A stretch of DNA of 64,000 nucleotides, taken from positions 124,001 to 188,000 of the forward strand of contig NIVC01000992.1 in the NCBI GenBank assembly GCA_002269645.1, written 5' to 3'. A program made the position numbers and the translations under genes. The notes beneath the pieces are model-generated. The model had not been told where the DNA came from, did no database searches, and saw only the letters and a list, made by a program, of their open reading frames with translations. Positions 13,181 through 25,402 of this stretch are shown piece by piece (the stretch's first letter is position 1; the number at the start of each line of letters is the position of its first letter). The stretch is from Macrostomum lignano (Eukaryota).

Positions 13181-15465
13181 GAAGAAAATGAACTCATCTA
13201 AAAGGAACTGAACTCATCTAAAAGGAAATGAACTCATCTGAGAGGAAATGAACTCATCCGAGAGGAGTTTAACTCATCTGAGAGGAAATGAACTCATCCA
13301 AGAGGAAATGAACTCATCCGAGAGGAATTGAACTCATCTAAGAGGAAATGAACTCAGATGAACTCATCTGAGAGGAAATGAACTCAGATGAACTCATCTG
13401 AGAGGAAATGAACTCATCCAAGAGGAAATGAACTCATCCAAGAGGAAATGAACTTATCTGAGAGGAAATGAACTCATCTGAGAGGAAATGAACTCATCTG
13501 AGAGGAAATGAACTCATCCAAGAGGAAATGAACTCAGATGAACTCATCTGAGAGGAAATGAACTCATCCAAGAGGAAATGAACTCAGATGAACTCATCTG
13601 AGAGGAAATGAACTCATCCAAGAGGAAATGAACTCATCCGAGAGGAATTGAACTCAACCAAGAGGAAATGAACTCATCCGAGAGGAGTTTAACTCATCTG
13701 AGAGAAAATGAACTCATCCAAGAGGAAATGAACTCATCCGAGAGGAATTGAACTCATCTAAGAGGAAATGAACTCAGATGAACTCATCTGAGAGGAAATG
13801 AACTCAGATGAACTCATCTGAGAGGAAATGAACTCATCCAAGAGGAAATGAACTTATCCGAGAGGAATTGAACTCATCTGAGAGGAAATGAACTCATCTG
13901 AGAGGAAATGAACTCATCCAAGAGGAAATGAACTCAGATGAAATCATCTGAGAGGAAATGAACTCATCCAAGAGGAAATGAACTCATCCGAGAGGAATTG
14001 AACTCGTCCAAGAGGAAATGAACTCAGATGAACTCATCTAAGAGGAAATGAACTCAGATGAACTCATCTGAGAGGAAATGAACTCAGATGAACTCATCTG
14101 AGAGGAAATGAACTCATCCAAGAGGAAATGAACTCATGTGAGAGGAGTTTAACTCATCTGAGAGGAAATGAACTCATCTGAGAGGAAATGAACTCATCTG
14201 AGAGGAAATGAACTCATCTAAGAGGAAATGAACTCATCCAAGAGGAAATGAACTCATCTGAGAGGAAATGAACTCATCCAAGAGGAAATGAACTCATCCA
14301 AGAGGAAATGAACTCATGTGAGAGGAGTTTAACTCATCTGAGAGGAAATGAACTCATCTGAGAGGAAATGAACTCATCCAAGAGGAAATGAACTCATGTG
14401 AGAGGAGTTTAACTCATCTGAGAGGAAATGAACTCATCCAAGAGGAAATGAACTTATCTGAGAGGAAATGAACTCATCTGAGAGGAAATGAACTCATCTG
14501 AGAGGAAATGAACTCATCCAAGAGGAAATGAACTCAGATGAACTCATCTGAGAGGAAATGAACTCAGATGAACTCATCTGAGAGGAAATGAACTCATCCA
14601 AGAGGAAATGAACTCATCCGAGAGGAATTGAACTCATCCAAGAGGAAATGAACTCAGATGAACTCATCTGAGAGGAAATGAACTCAGATGAACTCATCTG
14701 AGAGGAAATGAACTCATCCAAGAGGAAATGAACTCATCCAAGAGGAAATGAACTTATCCGAGAGGAATTGAACTCATCTGAGAGGAAATGAACTCATCTG
14801 AGAGGAAATGAACTCAGATGAACTCATCTGAGAGGAAATGAACTCAGATGAACTCATCTGAGAGGAAATGAACTCATCCAAGAGGAAATGAACTCATCCG
14901 AGAGGAATTGAACTCGTCCAAGAGGAAATGAACTCAGATGAACTCATCTAAGAGGAAATGAACTCAGATGAACTCATCTGAGAGGAAATGAACTCAGATG
15001 AACTCATCTGAGAGGAAATGAACTCATCCAAGAGGAAATGAACTCATGTGAGAGGAGTTTAACTCATCTGAGAGGAAATGAACTCATCTGAGAGGAAATG
15101 AACTCATCTGAGAGGAAATGAACTCATCTGAGAGGAAATGAACTCATCCAAGAGGAAATGAACTCATCTGAGAGGAAATAAACTCATCCAAGAGGAAATG
15201 AACTCATGTGAGAGGAGTTTAACTCATCTGAGAGGAAATGAACTCATCCAAGAGGAAATGAACTCATGTGAGAGGAGTTTAACTCATCTGAGAGGAAATG
15301 AACTCATCCAAGAGGAAATGAACTCATCTGAGAGGAAATGAACTCATCCGAGAGGAAATGAACTCATCTGAGAGGAAATGAACTTATCTTAGAGGAAATG
15401 AACTCATCTGAGAGAAAATGAACTCATCTGAGAGGAAATGAACTCATCTAAGAGGAAATGAACTG
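13181..15465. repeat. 20-bp minisatellite (GAGGAAATGAACTCATCTGA) with 30-bp variant units, about 2.3 kb, intronic
   Basis: Three units per 60-nt line; interspersed AACTCAGATG insertions; ends in (GAAAT)n. Confidence 0.97.
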
Positions 15466-15632
15466 AAATGAAATGAAATGAAATGAAAATGAAAGTAAAA
15501 TGGCCGACAGTCCACTGCGGTGCTGCCATGTAGTTTAGCTCAGATAGTCACATGCACTTTCGCTCGCTAACCTAAGATAAGTAAGGCTAAACTAATTCAT
15601 ATGGTGCGCTGATAATTCAGCAAAACACTTAC

Positions 15633-16022
15633 CGCCTACGCCGCCAACCATGGCTGCCCCAGCCATTAAAGCCATGTCGTTATTGTGACCGCGCCTTCGG
15701 TGACCCCGCTGGTGTATGATAATCTGCTGCTGCGGATGCGGCTGCTGATGCATTTGATGATGCTGTTGCGGGTAGGCCATTGGCGGCATCATTGGCTGAG
15801 TTGAGTATGGAGGGGGCGGCGGCATCTGCTGATGATTTGGTGGCGGTGGAGGTGGGTACTGCGGCGGGTATTGCTGTGGAGGGTACTGCTGTGGCGGGTA
15901 CTGCTGTGGAGGGTACTGCTGCGAAGGGTAATGCTGCTGTTGCTGCGGCTGACCATTGGCTGGTCTTGATGATTGCTGCTGTTGATGGCCTCCATTATTT
16001 GAGTGGCCTGTGCGGTTTGGTC
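15633..16022 (-). CDS. Uncharacterised Pro/Gln/Tyr-rich protein, main exon (130 codons)
   Basis: Acceptor TTTTCCTAACACAG| at 16024-16023, donor |GTAAGT at 15632; symmetric phase 1/1; open frame PNRTGHSNNGGHQQQQ...YPPQQYPPQQYPPQQYPPQYPPPPPP...MPPPPPYS...HRRRGHNNDMALMAGAAMVGGVG. Confidence 0.85.
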
Positions 16023-16531
16023 CTGTGTTAGGAAAATCACAATTTTAGGTTTTTTTATTTATAATACATAATGTATAAGGTTAGACAAGACAAGAAATTG
16101 GGTGAAAAATCTCAAAGTTAAGAGTTTGGCCTTTGAGATTAAAATCAAGTGAGGCAAGACTAAAAGTTTTACTATATAGGAAAGATAGGACTTGATTAAT
16201 TTCTCAATAAAACCTCATAGATTAGCTTGTTTTCTCTAATACTGTATATGGGCTAGGTCTTAAGGTTGAGAATCTTGAGAATTTAGCTCAAGTTCTTAGA
16301 GCTAATAATAATTGAATAGGGGCAATTTGAATAAGAATTAAATGGTTTCAAGCAAAGTCAATCTAAGCAAGATAAGATCAAGTTTTTTCAAGATCTAGTA
16401 AGATCTAATTGAGAATTTAGACAAAAACTCAGGGCAGGCCTATAATGATGCATAGAATAAAGTGGTGCTAATTTCTAGCAAAATTGTTTTGAAAGTCCTT
16501 ACTATTATTTAGAATTTATGTTTTGACTTAC

Positions 16532-16556
16532 TTGGCTTTGATGCTCCACATCCCAT
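16532..16556 (-). CDS. Uncharacterised Pro/Gln/Tyr-rich protein, first coding exon (MGCGASKP)
   Basis: ATG GGA TGT GGA GCA TCA AAG CCA A|GTAAGT; phase 1 matches the next exon; MGC N-terminus is a myristoylation/palmitoylation-type motif. Confidence 0.72.
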
Positions 16557-18847
16557 TGATAGACAACCAGTTTAGTTTAATAATCAGATACTCTGAAGAA
16601 ACAGTCAAACAGAATATATTTGTTTTTTATTTCTATAAATTAAATATTGAATAAATCATTTATTGAGACATATCTTCTGAAATTTTATAGACCTCATTAG
16701 AATACATTAATATAACTTCATAAAATTAGTAAAAATTATAAAATAGACCTATAGATACCAATGCTGACTAAATACTGATAGTAATGAGTAAAAGTTTTGT
16801 ATAAAAATGAGACTAAATATAAGAAATGTAAATATATATGTATTCATTGAAGTCATAGGCACTGGAACAGGCCAGGGGAAAGGGGCATCAAAGTACCTAT
16901 CTTATTTTTTATTCACTTTATTCTCCAAATAGTCTTAAAATTGTTATACTTTTTTATTCAATAAATTATTTGCTGCTTTTATATCTTACAAGAGGTGAAG
17001 ACTAAAACTACAGATTAGATTGGACCCCCCAGGCCCCACTTTTAAAGTGGGAGGGGGAGGCATATGGCATAGGCATTAAAGGTACCTGCTTGGCTTCCCA
17101 CTTTTAAAAACATAATAATGGTGATGCCTATGATTAAATTACAAATTGTATAATGTAGTAATCCACTCTAGTATGTAGTAGTCTAATAACATAATAAGTG
17201 GAATGTAGTATAATTCTTAATAATATCACGTAGTAAAATACAGTTATACAACATATATAATTGGGGTGGCAGCTATTTTGGATATGGAAATCCTGCTCAA
17301 TCATACAACATAGGCCTATCCAATACTATAGTGCACCCCTGGGCTACCAGACTATAAAGGTTATGTATTTTAATCCTGAAATATCTAAATGAAACTTTAG
17401 AAACTTTAGGGGGGACAGGGGCCCATGGCATGTTAATCTTGAAGATGTTTGTATTCGTGCCAATGCAATGCCAATGTTTTTTCTTCAGTACAAAAAGTTT
17501 CTGCTTATAAAATGTTAAAGCTGAATATGGCGTTAGAGTAGGGATTGCATCCCAAAACATGAATTCTTTTTTGTTTGAATTATCTGTTTGAAGGAAAGAA
17601 TATCTGTCTGTCAGGAAAATATCCGGGGTCAGGCCAGGAATATTTTTTGTAATAAATAGAGAATAAATCAAATGGTAGCGGTGAAGCAAAAATCAATAAT
17701 AAACAAAGCTAGTGTTAGTAAAAATATCAAATATAAGTAAGTTTTTAAAACTTTAAACAGTTACAGCTTACAAAATAATTTTATTTTTAGCTCTAAATTA
17801 AATATAATTTGATTAAACTGTTACAATCCGCAGTTTTTTAAAACGTCACCTGTACGTAGTTGCTTTCCTTTGGTAAGCTGTGCTGAGAGCTGCCTGTTAC
17901 ACAAAAATATACTTAATAAAAACTAGAATAAAATTCATCTAATGAAAGGAGGTTGGCCTTTTTTATTTTTACAAATTGCTAATAAATTCAAGCGTTTCCT
18001 TAGGAACGTTGCAAACGGACAAATTCTGAAAAATACTTAGTGGTGGATTTCACTTTTAGTCATTTAAGGCGACAGTCACACTGATTTTGAACAGAGGATA
18101 TATATATATATATACAGAAAAATGAAAGGCACCGAGGAATACATTAAAAGATTTCATGAAGTTCGCGGTACCATAAATTCAAAAGGGGAACTTTAAATTT
18201 TTTTCTAATCTTTAAATGTGTCTTTACTTGATTATAATAAAAGAAAATTTATGACTGACCGTTTACATCATATATGTTTCTTATTAATTAAGTCACTGTT
18301 TGTGTGAATTTTTAAATTTTTATGATAAAGAGCTAACGTATAAAAGGTGATTATCTTTTCCATACTAAATTTAGGTCTAAAAAATTCTGACTGTGTTCAC
18401 CGCCCGCCGATAGGTTCAAATTAGAATTTAGAACCTATTTGAGTTTAGGAACACGGGCGTTCAGCTTGGCGTTTGTACCTGTGTAATTGTTTGCCGTGGT
18501 AGAACTTTTTCTATAGTACTTTAAGTTGTAGACAAGCCTAAGTCTACAACTGATTCTATTCTTTTTGGCGGTATCAGTTCTAGATAAGCTAGTCTAATAG
18601 GAAACCGTTTTGGCTTTATTCTAATAAACAGGAATAGCCTATTAACTCTTGTTATAGTATTTTAGGCTTATCAATCAAAAAGTAGTCTAGCAAACACTGA
18701 AAAACTCAAGTCTAGGATTAATTTAGAAAGAGCCATAAATTGCTTGTGTTGTAGGTCTAGATAGTAGTGGTAGGCTAATTTTTTAAGCCTACTTAGGTGG
18801 TATTTTGTATCTTAACTTTAAGCTAGGCCTATTGTTTAAAAAGTGAG

Positions 18848-18877
18848 ATGCCTTCTGTGTGGGATCATAAACTCTGG
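18848..18877 (+). CDS. cip4: CIP4/Toca-1/FNBP1-family F-BAR protein, exon 1 (MPSVWDHKLW)
   Basis: ATG...TGG|GTAAGT, phase 0; parallels the MSWGTELW|DQF first exon of vertebrate FNBP1-family genes; in frame with exon 26637. Confidence 0.75.
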
Positions 18878-19103
18878 GTAAGTATTTTCAAAGGCATACA
18901 GTGAGTATATATGATTCTTTATTTTTATGTATTTTTAAAATCTTTTTTTTTAGTTGAAACATTATTAGTTTAATTTAAAAAAAATCTTTTAGGCTACTAT
19001 ATCAGCATTTAATAGATATCACTTCAACTTTGTACTGCCCTAAGTTTTTTGTTAGAACCAAAATGCAAAATTATATGGTTAAGGTTTGTGATAAACCAAA
19101 TTT

Positions 19104-19852
19104 ACCTGTATAACTTTTGCCAACACATTTTCAGACAGATCTTCCAACACTTTTTTACGACACTTAAAGTGTTGCAAAAAGTGTTGGAAAAAGTGTCGTA
19201 ACAGTTAACTTTCGCCAAAACATCTTCAGACAGATTTTCGGACACTTTTTTACAACATTTAAAATGTTGCAAAAAGTGTCAAAAAAAGTGTTGTATCAAA
19301 AATTTGAAGCAGTTGAAGAAACAGTTTTTGTATCTTGCTCCCATGAAGGGATCTTTTAAACAGGGAAATAGGGAAATGTTTCTCAAATCACAAACTTACA
19401 TTTAATGGTTTGATCTACTATATTTATCTGACTGAAGATAAATTCGAATAAATCTATATTGTACTGCAGGCTGCTACGTAATTCATACTTAACAAAGATA
19501 CATGTAAGCTTACATGAATAGTATGAGTACATGAATGTACATCACCTAGCTCTAAAAAGTGACATTTTTAATGTTGGAAGATGTGTTGGCAAAAGTTAAC
19601 TGTACAACTCTTTTCAGACACTTTGCAGCATTAATTTAAGTGTCGGAAAGTATGTGTCGGCAAATGTTAACTGTTTCGACACTTTTTGCGACATTTTAAG
19701 TGTCATAAAAAGTGTTGGAAGGTCTGTCTGAAAATGTGTTGGCAAAAGTCAATTGTTACAACACTTTTTTCAGCACTTTTTGTGACATTTTAAGTGTCAT
19801 AAAAAGTGTCGGAAGATCTGTCTGTAAATGTGTTGGCAAAAGTTATACAGGT
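19104..19852. mobile_element. Foldback/MULE-like element with long internally repetitive TIRs and a 9-bp TSD
   Basis: Left arm ACCTGTATAACTTTTGCCAACACATTTTCAGACAGATCTTCC... mirrors right arm ...GGAAGATCTGTCTGTAAATGTGTTGGCAAAAGTTATACAGGT; perfect TSD ACCAAATTT at 19095-19103 and 19853-19861. Confidence 0.88.
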
Positions 19853-21044
19853 ACCAAATTTGGATTTTTGCAAGTTTCCAAAACCAAATCCAAATGTACA
19901 AAAAAATTTAAATCTAAATCAAAATTATCTGAATGTGTTTCTAAATACATACAAAAATTAAAAGGGAAATGGCAAAATAGCTATGATACCTTTTAGTTAC
20001 AAAAATGCTTCATCATCTAACTAGTAAATCATATTAGTGCCCCGCCCCTATAGAAAAAAATAAAACTCTTGCTTGATTTATATTATCTATAACTTGGCCT
20101 ATTTTCGACAAAAAATATAGCTAATCTATCAAAGAAACCTTAGAAAAAACTAATATTACTTTTGGTAAATAGTAGTATCCTACCATAATTTCTCTGAAGG
20201 TCTGTAACTATAGCTATATCTAATTTTACCATGCTATCTTTGTAGCCTCAATTATTTTTATTTTAGTCAAATCTCTATGTACAAATTTTTCTATCATTTT
20301 ATTATAAATTGACAAAAAGTTATGTGCATAATTGGCAAGTCATAAGACTTTTATAGTTGAGTTGTCCAAGTTCTAGCTCAATTAAAGTTCTTCTAAATGA
20401 CCAAACTAAAGTCTTTTTATTATTGCTAATTTTGTATTTATAAAAGACAAATATAGAGTTCTAACTAGCTAAAGTTTTGCCCCCCTTCGGGGAGCAGAAA
20501 TAATTAATATTCGTCTAATATAATATACCTTTTAGCAGGAGTACTTTAAGTGTTTTTCTTAAGCTTAAGCTTAAAATAGGAATTTTTGGAGATCGTTAAT
20601 AACGCATTTTAGGTAAAACAAAACTATCAACTTTTTACAGTTTTTAGTTTAGAGCCCTGTATATGTCAACGTGTTTGATAAAAATTATTTTTATCATTTT
20701 TGATAAAAAATGGCCTTCGGGGTGGCCAATAAGCAAGGGACGAATCCTTTTAAATGAAAAAAAATTCTTAGGGAGGGGGCTAGGAATCGAATTCTCATTT
20801 TAATTCCAGGCTTATGTACCAATAAAACATGTTTGTGCAGAATTTTATAACAGACATTGAAATTCAACCATACTTGCCTTCTTTCAGAGCTACTTCTACC
20901 AGTATGCTTCAGTACGCTACCAGTACCCTTGTAAGCCTTGACATGTCAGCAATCCCCCCCACAAGCCTTAACATATCAACTCCCCCCTTGACATCTCAGC
21001 AATGCTCCCACAAGCCTTGAAATCTTAAAAAATCTGTCTATTTT

Positions 21045-21078
21045 CTAACCCTAACCCTAACCCTAACCCTAACCCTAA
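21045..21078. repeat. Short perfect telomere-type array (CCCTAA)5
   Basis: CTAA(CCCTAA)5; a degenerate counterpart lies at about 21468-21520 in a diverged duplicate block. Confidence 0.9.
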
Positions 21079-22049
21079 AGCATTGAAATTTCAGTAATTC
21101 TCTCTAAGAGTCTATAGCACTACTACAGCATTATAGCGATTCCCTGCAAGCCTCGACATCGTAGGGATTCCCAAATGAATCTCTTAACTTTGACATGAAG
21201 CTTCTTTTTTTTTTACATTACGCTTTTTCTATCAGCGATCCCTCCCGTGAGGAGCCAACAAATAATGTAATAACTTTTTTCCAATAAACTACATGTAGCT
21301 TCTGACATTAGCCTTGACATCTCATTTATTCCCCCGTGAGCCTTGACATCTCAGCTATAGATAGATAGATAGATTCCCCTCGTAAGCCTTGACATGTCAG
21401 CGACAGCGATGCCCCCCATAAACCTTGAAATCTAAAAAATCCCCTGTTAACCTTGAAACGCGCTAAAATCTAACCCTCAACCCAAACCTGACGTAAACCT
21501 AACTTTCACCCAACCTAAAGCCTTGAAATCACAGCAATTCTTCTTCCCTAAGCCTTGGTATTTAAGTGATTCCTTCTTTAAGAATCACAGCACTATAACG
21601 ATTCCCTCCAAGCTTTGACATCGTAGCAATTCCCAAATGAATCTTTTAACTTTGACATGACTTTTATTTTATGTATACATAGTGCTCCTTTTATTTTTAC
21701 ATGACTCTTCTTCTATCAGCGCCCCCCCCCCACCGTGGCAAGCCAACAAAGAATGCAATAAAAAACTTAAGTAAAGTACATGTACTTTGAAGTAGCTTCT
21801 GACTTTTGCTTTAACATCTCAGAAACCCCCCTGTAATCTCAGTTATTCTCTGTGAGCCTTGACGTCTCAGTAATTCTCCCCAGCACAGCACTGTACTATA
21901 GCTTCATTTAATTTTTATATGACATTTCTTTCATGTCTGACATGACGCTTCTTTTGATTTTTACGTTACGCTTCTTTTATTCTTCCATGATGCTTCTTAA
22001 TTTTTTAAATGACACACTTTCATTAGTTTTTATATGAGGCTTCTATAAT

Positions 22050-22950
22050 TTTTTCATGACGCTTCTATGCTTGTTTACATGACGCTTGTATGATTTTTAC
22101 ATGACGCTTCTATGATTGTTTACATGACGCTTGTATGATTGTTTACATGACGCTTCTATGATTTTTTACATGACGCTTTTATGATTTTTACATGACGCTT
22201 CTATGATTTTTTACATGACGCTTCTATGATTTTTACATGACGCTTCTATGATTTTTACATGACGCTTCTATGATTTTTACATGACGCTTCTATGATTTTT
22301 ACATGACGCTTCTATGATTTTTTACATGACGCTTCTATGATTGTTTACATGACGCTTCTATGATTGTATACATGACGCTTCTATGATTGTTTACATGACG
22401 CTTTTATGATTGTTTACATGACGCTTCTATGATTTTTACATGACGCTTCTATGATTTTTACATGACGCTTCTATGATTGTTTACATGACGCTTCTATGAT
22501 TGTTTACATGACGCTTCTATGATTTTAACATGACGCTTCTATGATTTTTTTTACATGACGCTTCTATGATTGTTTACATGACGCTTGTATGATTGTTTAC
22601 ATGACGCTTGTATGATTTTAACATGACGCTTCTATGATTGTTTACATTACGCTTCTATGATTGCTTGCATGACGCTTCTATGATTTTTTATGACGCTTTT
22701 ATGATTTTAACATGACGCTTCTATGATTTTTTTACATGACGCTTCTATGATTGTTTACATGACGCTTGTATGATTGTTTACATGACGCTTTTATGATTTT
22801 AACATGACGCTTCTATGATTGTTTACATTACGCTTCTATGATTTTTACATGACGCTTCTATGATTTTTACATGACGCTTCTATGATTGTTTACATGACGC
22901 TTCTATGATTGTTTACATGACGCTTGTATGATTGTTTACATGACGCTTCC
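22050..22950. repeat. 22/23-bp minisatellite (ACATGACGCTTCTATGATTTTT) in Helitron B
   Basis: Tandem units read directly, with variable T-run and TTGTTT variants. Confidence 0.95.
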
Positions 22951-23007
22951 ATAATTTTTTTTGTCTTGGCGTTAAAAGGCTTTAATTAAAAAAACTCTAC
23001 TCTCTAA

Positions 23008-23066
23008 AAATTCGAACCATCGTCCCTGCATTTAGCAGTTTAGTCTGTTTACCTCTAGGCTAGCTC
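23008..23066 (-). other. tRNA-derived cassette, Helitron B copy 1
   Basis: Minus TAGCCTAGAGGTAAA (D-arm/A-box-like) ... AACTGCTAAAT ... GGTTCGAATT (B-box-like). Confidence 0.55.
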
Positions 23067-23377
23067 TCATGAATTTTAGTCATTACCCCTAAATAGAAAA
23101 TATTCCCAAGACAGCAAGCATCCCCCAGTAGCAAGCATCCCCTAATACTCCTAGCAAGCATCCACCCAGATAGCAAGCATCTGCAGATAGCAAGCATCTT
23201 GCAGATAGCAAGCATCTTGCAGATAGCAAGCATCTTGCAGATAGCAAGCATACCCCAAATAATGTAGAAGCATCCTTCCAGATAGCAAGCATCCTGCACA
23301 TAGCAAGAATCCTTAAATAGCAAGCATCCCTGGATAGAAATAATCCTATACATGTAGCCAAGCTTATCAAGCGCAGT

Positions 23378-25272
23378 AATCCTTGGCTATCGAGTGCAGT
23401 AATCCTTGGTTTATTAATAGCAATAATCCATGGCTTATCGAGTGCAGTAATCCTTGGTTTATTAATAGCAATAATCCTTGGCTTATCGAGTGCAGTAATT
23501 CATGGTTTATTAATAGCAATAATCCTTGGCTTATCGAGTGCAGTAATCCTTGGTTTATTAATAGCAATAATCCATGCCTTATCGAGTGCAGTAATCCTTG
23601 GTTTATTAATAGCAATAATCCTTGGCTTATCGAGTGCAGTAATCCTTGGTTTATTAATAGCAATAATCCATGGCTTATCGAGTGCAGTAATCCTTGGTTT
23701 GCCAAGAGCAATAGTCCTTGGCTTATCGAGTGCAGTAATCCTTGGTTTGCCAAGAGCAATAGTCCTTGGTTTATTGAGTGCAGTAATCCTTGGTTTATTA
23801 ATAGCAATAGTCCTTGGTTTATTGAGTGCAGTAATCCTTGGTTTATTAATAGCAATAATCCTTGGCTTATCGAGTGCAGTAATCCTTGGTTTGCCAAGTG
23901 CATAATCCTTGGTTTATCGAGTGCAGTAATCCTTGGTTTATTAATAGCAATAATCCTTGGCTTATCGAGTGCAGTAATCCTTGGTTTATTAATAGCAATA
24001 ATCCATGGCTTATCGAGTGCAGTAATCCTTGGTTTGCCAAGAGCAATAGTCCTTGGCTTATCGAGTGCAGTAATCCTTGGTTTGCCAAGAGCAATAGTCC
24101 TTGGTTTATTGAGTGCAGTAATCCTTGGTTTATTAATAGCAATAGTCCTTGGTTTATTGAGTGCAGTAATCCTTGGTTTATTAATAGCAATAATCCTTGG
24201 CTTATCGAGTGCAGTAATCCTTGGTTTGCCAAGTGCATAATCCTTGGTTTATTAATAGCAATAATCCTTGGCTTATCGAGTGCAGTAATCCTTGGTTTAT
24301 TAATAGCAATAATCCTTGGTTTATCGAGTGCATTAATCCTTGGTTTATTAATAGCAATAATCCTTGGCTTATCGAGTGCAGTAATCCTTGGTTTATTAAT
24401 AGCAATAATCCTTGGCTTATCGAGTGCAGTAATCCTTGGTTTGCCAAGAGCAATAGTCCTTGGTTTTTTGAGTGCAGTAATCCTTGGTTTATTAATAGCA
24501 ATAGTCCTTGGTTTATTGAGTGCAGTAATGCTTGGTTTATTAATAGCAATAATCCTTGGCTTATCGATTGCAGTAATCCTTGGTTTGCCAAGTGCATAAT
24601 CCTTGGTTTATTAATAGCAATAATCCTTGGTTTATCGAGTGCAGTAATCCTTAGTTTATTAATAGCAATAATCCTTGGCTTATCGAGTGCAGTAATCCTT
24701 GGTTTATTAATAGCAATAATCCATGCCTTATCGAGTGCAGTAATCCTTGGTTTGCCAAGAGCAATAGTCCTTGGCTTATCGAGTGCAGTAATCCTTGGTT
24801 TGCCAAGAGCAATAGTCCTTGGTTTATTGAGTGCAGTAATCCTTGGTTTATTAATAGCAATAGTCCTTGGCTTATCGAGTGCAGTAATTCTTGGTTTATT
24901 AATAGCAATAATCCTTGGTTTATCGAGTGCAGTAATCCTTGGTTTATTAATAGCAATAATCCTTGGCTTATCGAGTGCAGTAATCCTTGGTTTATTAATA
25001 GCAATAATCCATGGCTTATGAGTGCAGTAATCCTTGGTTTATTAATAGCAATAATCCTTGGCTTATCGAGTGCAGTAATTCATGGTTTATTAATAGCAAT
25101 AATCCTTGGCTTATCGAGTGCAGTAATCCTTGGTTTATTAATAGCAATAATCCATGGCTTATCGAGTGCAGTAATCCTTGGTTTGCCAAGAGCAATAATC
25201 CTTGGCTTATCGAGTGCAGTATTCCTTGGTTTGCCAAGAGCAATAATCCTTAGCTTATCGAGTGCAGTAATC
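23378..25272. repeat. 48-bp minisatellite (24+24 dimer GAGTGCAGTAATCCTTGGTTTATT / AATAGCAATAATCCTTGGCTTATC) with higher-order blocks, in Helitron B
   Basis: 16-aa periodic ORFs; junction GCCAAGTGCATAATCC recurs at about 23895, 24230 and 24590; preceded by ATAGCAAGCATCC repeats at 23100-23370. Confidence 0.95.
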
Positions 25273-25341
25273 TAAGTGTTTTTATTTAGTCCTTTAATAA
25301 AAGCTTTTAATAAAAAATTTTACACTACTACTTTTAAACTA

Positions 25342-25402
25342 CTTAGATTCGAACCCAGGTCGCTGCATTAGCAGTCTGGTCTGCTCAGCTCTAGGCTAGC
25401 TC
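25342..25402 (-). other. tRNA-derived cassette, Helitron B copy 2
   Basis: Minus GCTAGCCTAGAGCTGAGCAGACCAGACTGCTAATGCAGCGACCTGGGTTCGAATC followed by T-runs. Confidence 0.6.

Noticed and set aside
21045-21078. Chromosome end or fusion site
   Set aside because: Only five units, embedded in an intronic element with genes continuing on both sides.
23367-25275. Repetitive membrane-protein-like or Cys/Trp-rich ORFs
   Set aside because: Translations of a 48-bp satellite with frame-shifting junctions.
25342-25402. Functional tRNA-Ser gene
   Set aside because: No complete acceptor stem or variable arm; the three copies differ in stem positions and sit inside repeats.
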